This document shows, piece by piece, positions 58,697 to 64,000 of a stretch of DNA of 64,000 bases (its first letter is position 1; each line of letters begins with the position of its first letter). The position numbers were made by a program, and so were the translations under genes. Below the pieces are notes generated by a model, which was not told the origin of the DNA, made no database searches, and saw only the letters and a program-made list of their open reading frames with translations. The stretch is taken from NCBI GenBank assembly GCA_964444415.1, contig CAYUHE010000004.1, positions 7,321 to 71,320 on the forward strand. Reading direction: 5' to 3'. This DNA is from an uncultured Gammaproteobacteria bacterium. Its GTDB lineage: Bacteria > Cyanobacteriota > Vampirovibrionia > Gastranaerophilales > CAJFVJ01.

Positions 58697-58756
58697 TCAT
58701 TACTAATTTAGCTTATAGACACTTGCCTATAAGGGGTTTCAACCTTTTGAGAATTA

Positions 58757-59047
58757 TTATTCGATAATTCCTAAAAGATCTGCTACAGATAAAATATATT
58801 CTGTATTATTAATTTTTATGCTATTTTTTCCATATTTTTCGAACAAAACAACATCGCCGACTTTAACTTCCATCTCTTGTCTAGAACCTGAATCCAATAA
58901 TTTTCCAGGGCCTATTGCTATGACTTCAGCTTTAATAAAGCTTTCTTGGCTTGAATCAGGAATGAAAATACCGCCTGTTGTTTGTTTAGCTTCTTCGGTA
59001 AGTTTTACAACGATTTTGTCCGCTAATGGTCTAATTTTTGCTGCCAT
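58757..59047 (-). CDS. groS: Co-chaperonin GroES
   Basis: IRPLADKIVVK..TTGGIFIPDS..AIGPG.. 96 aa. Confidence 0.95.
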   Translation of the reverse strand: MAAKIRPLADKIVVKLTEEAKQTTGGIFIPDSSQESFIKAEVIAIGPGKLLDSGSRQEMEVKVGDVVLFEKYGKNSIKINNTEYILSVADLLGIIE

Positions 59048-59211
59048 GGGCTTCCTCCATTTACTCTAACTTTGTCAACTATAACATAAAAGATTTTTAT
59101 CTTTATGACAAAAACTCTTTATATAAGTTATAGTACAATTTTTGAAAATTTAGAGTTAATTTAAGAAAATTTTAATATTTTGATTAATTTATAAAAAGTT
59201 GATTCCGCTTC

Positions 59212-59321
59212 TTGGAATACCTGACAGCTCAACCTGCTTCACTCCATTTCGCTTTTTTATAAAAAAGCTACATTCCATCTTAGGTTTCGCATGGCGAGTT
59301 GCATTCCCGTCAGGATTCCGC
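59212..59321 (+). repeat. Structured TIR repeat, copy D (abuts the TAG stop of orf69)
   Basis: TTGGAATACCTGACAGCTC..GCTTTTTTATAAAAAAGC..GGCGAGTTGCATTCCCGTCAGGATTCCGC. Preceded by a partial tail, GATTCCGC, at 59201-59208. Confidence 0.8.
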
Positions 59322-59530
59322 TAATATTTTTCCTCAATCTTTTTCAAGCTTTTATAAAATTCCCCGTATCTCACAAATAGAGGCGTTTCCCAAACATTTT
59401 TTTCTACAGGTGTGTTTGTTAGTTTTTTGGCTTCTAAATTTAGAGCCTTTAATCCCACAGGTTCATCATTTTGAGTCAAAAATTTTAGAATCCTTTTCAT
59501 GTATTTCTCCGATAGTTTATGTAGTAACAT
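59321..59530 (-). CDS. Hypothetical small protein (69 aa)
   Basis: ORF only. Lysine-rich and plausible in composition. Stop codon is TAG. Confidence 0.4.
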   Translation of the reverse strand: MLLHKLSEKYMKRILKFLTQNDEPVGLKALNLEAKKLTNTPVEKNVWETPLFVRYGEFYKSLKKIEEKY

Positions 59531-59628
59531 TATTGCACAACTATATGTTGTGTATCATTGTCTAAAATACTAATTAAATATTTCTAAAATATTATCCTTG
59601 TGATAACCTGTTTAAAAAGGGATATTTT

Positions 59629-60858
59629 ATGCAGAATATAGAAGAAATAATTCAAAATGCCGAGCGAAATTTGAGCTCAGAATTTGAAAATCTAGAACAA
59701 ATTTGTCTTTATAACCAAAAAAAAGTTCTTGATGCATTTCGTGATAACCGCATTGCAGAAGAACATTTCTCAACAGTTTCGGGCTATGGCCACGATGATA
59801 TGGGCAGAGAAGCAATAGATAAGACGTTTGCGCAGATTTTTAAAGCCGAAAAAGCTATTGTTCGACCACATTTTGTATCAGGCACTCACGCACTTGCATG
59901 TGTTTTGTTCGGCAATCTTCGATATGGTGAAAAACTTGTCAGTATTGCAGGGCGACCATACGATACCATGGAAGAAGTCATCGGCTTAAGAGGTAATCAT
60001 AGAGCTTCTTTAGCAGGGCATGGTGTTAGGTATGAAGAAGTGCCTTTAAAAGATGGTCTTTTTATTGATTTTGAGGCTATTGAAACAACCGTAGATGCAG
60101 ATACTAATATGGTACTAATTCAGCGTTCGAGGGGTTATTCGCTTCGTGAGCCAATCACAATTGAGATGATGGAAAAAATCATATCAATTGTAAAAGCTAA
60201 AAATCCTCATTGTATTTGCTTTGTGGATAATTGTTACGGCGAATTCACCGAAATGTTTGAGCCAACAGAGGTCGGTGCAGATATTATGGCCGGTTCACTT
60301 ATCAAAAACCCAGGTGGTGGAATTGTTGAAGCTGGAGGGTATATTTTGGGCAAAGAAGAGTATGTCAATCAAGCCGCTATGAGGCTTACAGCTCCTGGTA
60401 TTGCAGGGAATGGTGGGGCGATGCTCAATCAGTCCAGATTGATTTTGCAGGGGCTTTTTATGTCTCCAAGTATCGTCAAAGATGCTCTAAAAGGTGCTTT
60501 GCTTTCTGCAAAAGTCTTTGAGGAGTTGGGGTTTAAGACTTCTCCCAAATACAGTGAAATCCGCAGCGATATTATTCAAACGATTGAATTTGGCTCTGCT
60601 GAACCGCTCGAAAAATTCTGTTGGGCTCTTCAGGCAAGTTCGCCTGTTGATTCTTATGTAACGCCTATTCCTGATGATGTTCCTGGGTATGATGACAAGC
60701 TTATTATGGCAGGCGGAAGTTTTATCGAGGGTTCAACTATTGAGCTTTCTGCTGATGGGCCTTTGAGAGAGCCTTTTGTTGCTTATATGCAAGGCGGGCT
60801 GAATTATGCACATGTCAAAATCGCCATTATGAATGTATTGAAAGAAATTTTGGATTAA
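59629..60858 (+). CDS. YnbB/aluminium-resistance-family PLP-dependent (Cys/Met-metabolism lyase-like) protein
   Basis: 409 aa. ..FSTVSGYGHDDMGRE.., VSGTHAL, IQRSRGYS, DNCYGEF, GSLIKNPGGG. Confidence 0.8.
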   Translation: MQNIEEIIQNAERNLSSEFENLEQICLYNQKKVLDAFRDNRIAEEHFSTVSGYGHDDMGREAIDKTFAQIFKAEKAIVRPHFVSGTHALACVLFGNLRYGEKLVSIAGRPYDTMEEVIGLRGNHRASLAGHGVRYEEVPLKDGLFIDFEAIETTVDADTNMVLIQRSRGYSLREPITIEMMEKIISIVKAKNPHCICFVDNCYGEFTEMFEPTEVGADIMAGSLIKNPGGGIVEAGGYILGKEEYVNQAAMRLTAPGIAGNGGAMLNQSRLILQGLFMSPSIVKDALKGALLSAKVFEELGFKTSPKYSEIRSDIIQTIEFGSAEPLEKFCWALQASSPVDSYVTPIPDDVPGYDDKLIMAGGSFIEGSTIELSADGPLREPFVAYMQGGLNYAHVKIAIMNVLKEILD

Positions 60859-60877
60859 GGCACATCCGTAAATATAG

Positions 60878-60902
60878 CAAAAAGCCTGTATTGCTACAGG
60901 CT
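60878..60902 (-). terminator. Rho-independent terminator for the 572-aa gene
   Basis: Minus strand reads AGCCTGT-AGCAAT-ACAGGCT followed by TTTTTGC. Confidence 0.7.
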
Positions 60903-60926
60903 GACGAAATTTGATTTATATTTATA

Positions 60927-62645
60927 CTAGTGTTTTTTGTGTTTTTTATCTTTTTCGTATTGCTGGATTCCGGGGAAGTCGTTGTGCCCTGTGGTTCTTT
61001 GTGTCATCCAGTATTGAATTTTTGGAATTGCAGTAGATAAGAAATATCCTGAAACAGCCATTCCTGCTCCCCAATAGCCGAATCTTGTTATCAAGTTTCT
61101 TGTTTTCATTTTACTTAAGAAGTCTTTAGAAATTTTGTCCAAGTTTTCTTTTTTAGCTTGATCTAAGACACTTTGAGCATAGTCATTAATGAACTTACGT
61201 TGTGCATCGACTTTCTTTTGAGGAATGAATTTAATAGGATTCATGGCTTTCCCGCCAGTTGAATCATCAATCAATTTATTGATAAATTCAGGCTCATTGA
61301 GCATTCCGTCATTGAACAAGTTTGTCAATTGAGACTTGGTCAAAATGTTTCCAGGCTGAAGTTTAGACAATTTTGAAGCTTTGTCTTTTAATGATTTCGC
61401 TGAATTTGCATCAGAAATGTTTTCTTCGATGAATTTATGCATTTTATCAACGGAGACAATATGTTTAGTTTTATCAAAAATATTGCCAGCTTTATTAAAG
61501 ACATCATCATTGACTTGCCTTGTACCGAAAACTTTTTTCTCAAAATCGGATTTAGAGATTTCTTTTTGGTCTTTGCCAAAGAGATTCATCAATTTTGCAT
61601 GCAAATCATCAGCTCTATCGGGCGAAAGTTCTGTATTTTTGCCTTTTAAGCTATCGAGTAAGCATAATCCTTTGTAAATCAAAGGAGTGGCCCCTACATA
61701 AAAGAAAGAAGAAGTTATATCTCGGAATAAGATTTCTCTTTGTTCATATTCATTTCTTGCGTTGACTGCACGACCTGCGAATAAACCTGAATCTATGGTC
61801 AAAAGTTGAGCTATATTATTATTTTCCAGCTGATGAGCTGCTATTTCGAAGAAGTTACCACCTTGGAATTTGGGGTCACCTGCACTGCCTCGTGACATGG
61901 TTAAAAATTCGTTTGTCTCCATTACTTTTGGAGGATTGTTTGATAATTTTTTGGGGTCACCGGCACTGCCACGTGACATGGTCAAAAATTCGTTTGTTTC
62001 CATTACGTTTGGAGGATTATTTGACAATCTTTTTGGGTCACCGGCGCTGCCTCGTGACATGGTCAAAAATTCGTTTATGTCAGTCCGTCTTTGTTGACGG
62101 TGTTCTATTTTGATTGGCTGTATGTGACTTCCGGTTTGTTGTTCTTTTTTATCCAGCATATTTTTTGTGATTTTTTGGTTGATTTTAGGCAATACAAAAC
62201 CCATGAAGCCTACTGAAATAGCGGCGCTTGCAGCTATTTTTGAAAATTTTAAAGCTGCAATGGAATTTTTTTTGGTTTTGCTTAATTTTTCAGTAACATG
62301 CTCAAATGGCTGTCTGACATGGTCATTTCCTGTGTCGAAATTGAAATCTTTAACGCCAGTTTTTTCTTTGATTTTACCGACTTTGTCTATCAAGAAATCA
62401 AAAGCTTTATTTACGGTTTTAATTCCCCAAAGCCAGATTACAGCTGAAATGGACTCTTCTATAAGACGTTCTCTTGCTTCTATATCACCGCCACGTTTTT
62501 TTGCTTGATAAGTTCGTCCTATCATAACTGTTGTTTCAAGCAAAATAATAGGTAAAAGTGCCCCAGGAGTGCACAATTTTGATGCAAAAGTTCTTACATT
62601 TTTGTTATTTGCAAAATTATTAATGTTGTTTGTTATTTTACTCAA
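60927..62645 (-). CDS. Hypothetical membrane protein, paralogue of 39037-40503, carrying an internal 27-aa tandem repeat
   Basis: Conserved N- and C-terminal blocks are shared with the 488-aa paralogue. The insert is NEFLTMSRGSAGDPK(R/K)LSNNPP(N/K)VMET repeated. Confidence 0.7.
   Translation of the reverse strand: MSKITNNINNFANNKNVRTFASKLCTPGALLPIILLETTVMIGRTYQAKKRGGDIEARERLIEESISAVIWLWGIKTVNKAFDFLIDKVGKIKEKTGVKDFNFDTGNDHVRQPFEHVTEKLSKTKKNSIAALKFSKIAASAAISVGFMGFVLPKINQKITKNMLDKKEQQTGSHIQPIKIEHRQQRRTDINEFLTMSRGSAGDPKRLSNNPPNVMETNEFLTMSRGSAGDPKKLSNNPPKVMETNEFLTMSRGSAGDPKFQGGNFFEIAAHQLENNNIAQLLTIDSGLFAGRAVNARNEYEQREILFRDITSSFFYVGATPLIYKGLCLLDSLKGKNTELSPDRADDLHAKLMNLFGKDQKEISKSDFEKKVFGTRQVNDDVFNKAGNIFDKTKHIVSVDKMHKFIEENISDANSAKSLKDKASKLSKLQPGNILTKSQLTNLFNDGMLNEPEFINKLIDDSTGGKAMNPIKFIPQKKVDAQRKFINDYAQSVLDQAKKENLDKISKDFLSKMKTRNLITRFGYWGAGMAVSGYFLSTAIPKIQYWMTQRTTGHNDFPGIQQYEKDKKHKKH
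61871..62076 (-). repeat. 81-bp in-frame tandem repeat, about 2.5 copies
   Basis: GGTCAC register at 61874, 61955 and 62036 (period 81). Encodes NEFLTMSRGSAGDPK three times. Confidence 0.9.
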
Positions 62646-62774
62646 ATCACTTCGCCTGATAAATCACTTTTCGTCTGTTAAAAAATTTCGTCTACCTATT
62701 AAACAACGAAAAAGGCAAAAATTGCTACTGCTAGGGGATTATTTTAACATAATATTTACATTGCTTCATACTGA

Positions 62775-62806
62775 AAAGAGAGAGAACTAATTAGTTCTCT
62801 CTCTTT
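62775..62806 (-). terminator. Perfect 16+16 bp palindrome; terminator for glgP on the minus strand
   Basis: AAAGAGAGAGAACTAA|TTAGTTCTCTCTCTTT. The minus-strand RNA would end ..GUUCUCUCUCUUUUCAG. Confidence 0.7.
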
Positions 62807-62820
62807 AATCTTGATTTGTC

Positions 62821-62944
62821 TTGGAATACTGACAGCTCATCTCCTTTCACTTCGCTTTACTTTGCTTTTGCAAAGAGTCGCTACGTCAGGAATTTCGCTG
62901 GGACGGCGTTCCGCGCTATGCGCTTCAGCCTTGTCAGATTCCGC
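62821..62944 (+). repeat. Structured TIR repeat, copy E (abuts the TAG stop of glgP)
   Basis: TTGGAATACTGACAGCTCATCTCCTTTCACTTCG..CTTTGC-TTTT-GCAAAG..GGACGGCGTTCC GCGC-TAT-GCGC TTCAGCCTTGTCAGATTCCGC. Confidence 0.85.
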
Positions 62945-64000
62945 TACTTTATATTTGAGAAAGTCCAAGCATCCAAGTTTGGATTTTCAGCTACTCTTAC
63001 ATCAGCTGTAGCATCTCCTTCTTCTTTTCCGCCTTTAGCAATCGGGTTGTACAATCTGTTGTAATACTCGATTACCATACGATCAGAGTTGAAGTAAGCT
63101 TCAGATGTTTTGATAGCATTTTTCATCAAAGTAGCCCATTTATTTTTGTCGCTATAATAAGTTGGGATAATGTCATTTTCTATGATGCCCATAATGCATT
63201 CATAATCTTTCCAGTGACGTTCTTCCCAAGCGATATCCTCATCAAGTCCTGGATAATTGACAGTATAGCCGTTCAATCCTGTGAATGTACCTTCTACAGC
63301 CCATCCGTCATAGATTGACAAGTGCAAAGCACCGTTCATATTAGCTGACATTCCAGAAGTTCCTGATGCTTCAAAGGGTCTTAGCGGTGTATTCATCCAA
63401 ACATCAGTACCTCTTTTAAGCAATCCGCTCAATTTAAGTTCGTAATTTGGAAGAACAACAACGTTTCTCAAATCATAAGAATGTTTCAAGATATTATTGA
63501 ACATTTCACGACCCATAGTATCATCCGGATGGAATTTGCCAGAGAATATAAGTTGAACTTTATTTTCATTTAATAGCTTAGTGATTCGATCTTTGTCCAT
63601 AAAGATCATCCAAGCACGTTTGTAATCAGCAAATCTTCTTGCCCAAGTAATTGTCAAAACATCAGGATCAAAACGTTTTCCTGTTGTATCGGCAATATAT
63701 TCGAACAATTCTTTTTTCATTTCACGTTTTGCAGCTAACAATTCCTTGTTGCTTTTTGAAACGTCCATTCTTTTGTCTTGCCAGTAGTGAAGGTTTACAG
63801 CGTTAGTTATTGCTCTAATCGGGCAACGTCCTTCAACCCATTCCCACATTTTGTTGGCAACTAAGCCGTGCAACTGAGATACGGCATTAGCCAAACGGCT
63901 CAATCTCAATGCTGCGACTGTAAGTGAGAAGTTTTCGCCACCAAGACCAACAGCTTGTTGTCTTGTTAATCCTGCGAAGAAACCGCCTTCTAGCAAAGTA
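62944..64000 (-). CDS. glgP: Alpha-glucan phosphorylase family protein (GT35), C-terminal part; N-terminus lies beyond the window
   Basis: ..NAVNLHYWQ.., KFHPDD, and the FEASGTSGMSANMNGALHLSIYDGW block. The frame stays open past the Met at 63996 to base 64000. Confidence 0.88.
   Translation of the reverse strand, partial: TLLEGGFFAGLTRQQAVGLGGENFSLTVAALRLSRLANAVSQLHGLVANKMWEWVEGRCPIRAITNAVNLHYWQDKRMDVSKSNKELLAAKREMKKELFEYIADTTGKRFDPDVLTITWARRFADYKRAWMIFMDKDRITKLLNENKVQLIFSGKFHPDDTMGREMFNNILKHSYDLRNVVVLPNYELKLSGLLKRGTDVWMNTPLRPFEASGTSGMSANMNGALHLSIYDGWAVEGTFTGLNGYTVNYPGLDEDIAWEERHWKDYECIMGIIENDIIPTYYSDKNKWATLMKNAIKTSEAYFNSDRMVIEYYNRLYNPIAKGGKEEGDATADVRVAENPNLDAWTFSNIK

Noticed and set aside
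59048-59211. A CIRCE (TTAGCACTC-N9-GAGTGCTAA) heat-shock operator upstream of groES.
   Set aside because: No match to either half-site was seen on either strand in the upstream region.
60222-60230. A perfect DnaA box, TGTGGATAA.
   Set aside because: It is a single isolated box inside the ynbB-like coding region, with no cluster or AT-rich unwinding element nearby.
61870-62113. Plus-strand ORFs 61870-62097 and 61892-62113, which have repetitive translations.
   Set aside because: They are the antisense reading of the 81-bp tandem repeat inside the 572-aa minus-strand gene.

Overview
Low-GC bacterial chromosome segment, standard genetic code, about 60 genes; the taxon cannot be determined from the window alone. 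The left ~28 kb (1-28.1 kb) looks accessory. It holds a partial GHKL ATPase and an MmeI-family type IIL restriction-modification gene followed 9 bp later by a SIR2-HerA anti-phage pair. Next come a small serine recombinase with two 46-bp direct repeats, orphan genes, and a tightly packed minus-strand polysaccharide/phospho-sugar decoration operon. After those are an XRE regulator, three orphan secreted proteins, a TPR protein, an ADP-ribosylglycohydrolase, an IS30 remnant, and a small orf470-xis-int integrative module that abuts the 3' end of tRNA-Arg(TCT). The right ~36 kb is core genome: amidase, glmS, mutS2, nanE-like, GH57 branching enzyme, comM/yifB, hemW, gatB, a five-gene MetE-like/CooC-like/folD/pterin-methyltransferase/receiver operon, dnaA, groES-groEL, a ynbB-like gene and partial glgP. 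The most unusual signal that genes do not explain is a family of ~100-125 bp structured repeats with terminal inverted repeats. There are at least five copies, all in one orientation. Three are fused to the TAG stop codon of the preceding minus-strand gene, and two of these (groEL, glgP) lie between that stop codon and a recognisable terminator hairpin. Their internal hairpins are preserved by compensating base changes. Other leads are the MmeI-SIR2-HerA co-operon, the recombinase-flanked cassette, a degenerate HerA-like protein, a split methyl-transfer operon, and a glgP homologue that lacks the PLP lysine. All functional calls come from motif recognition by eye; no database search was run.
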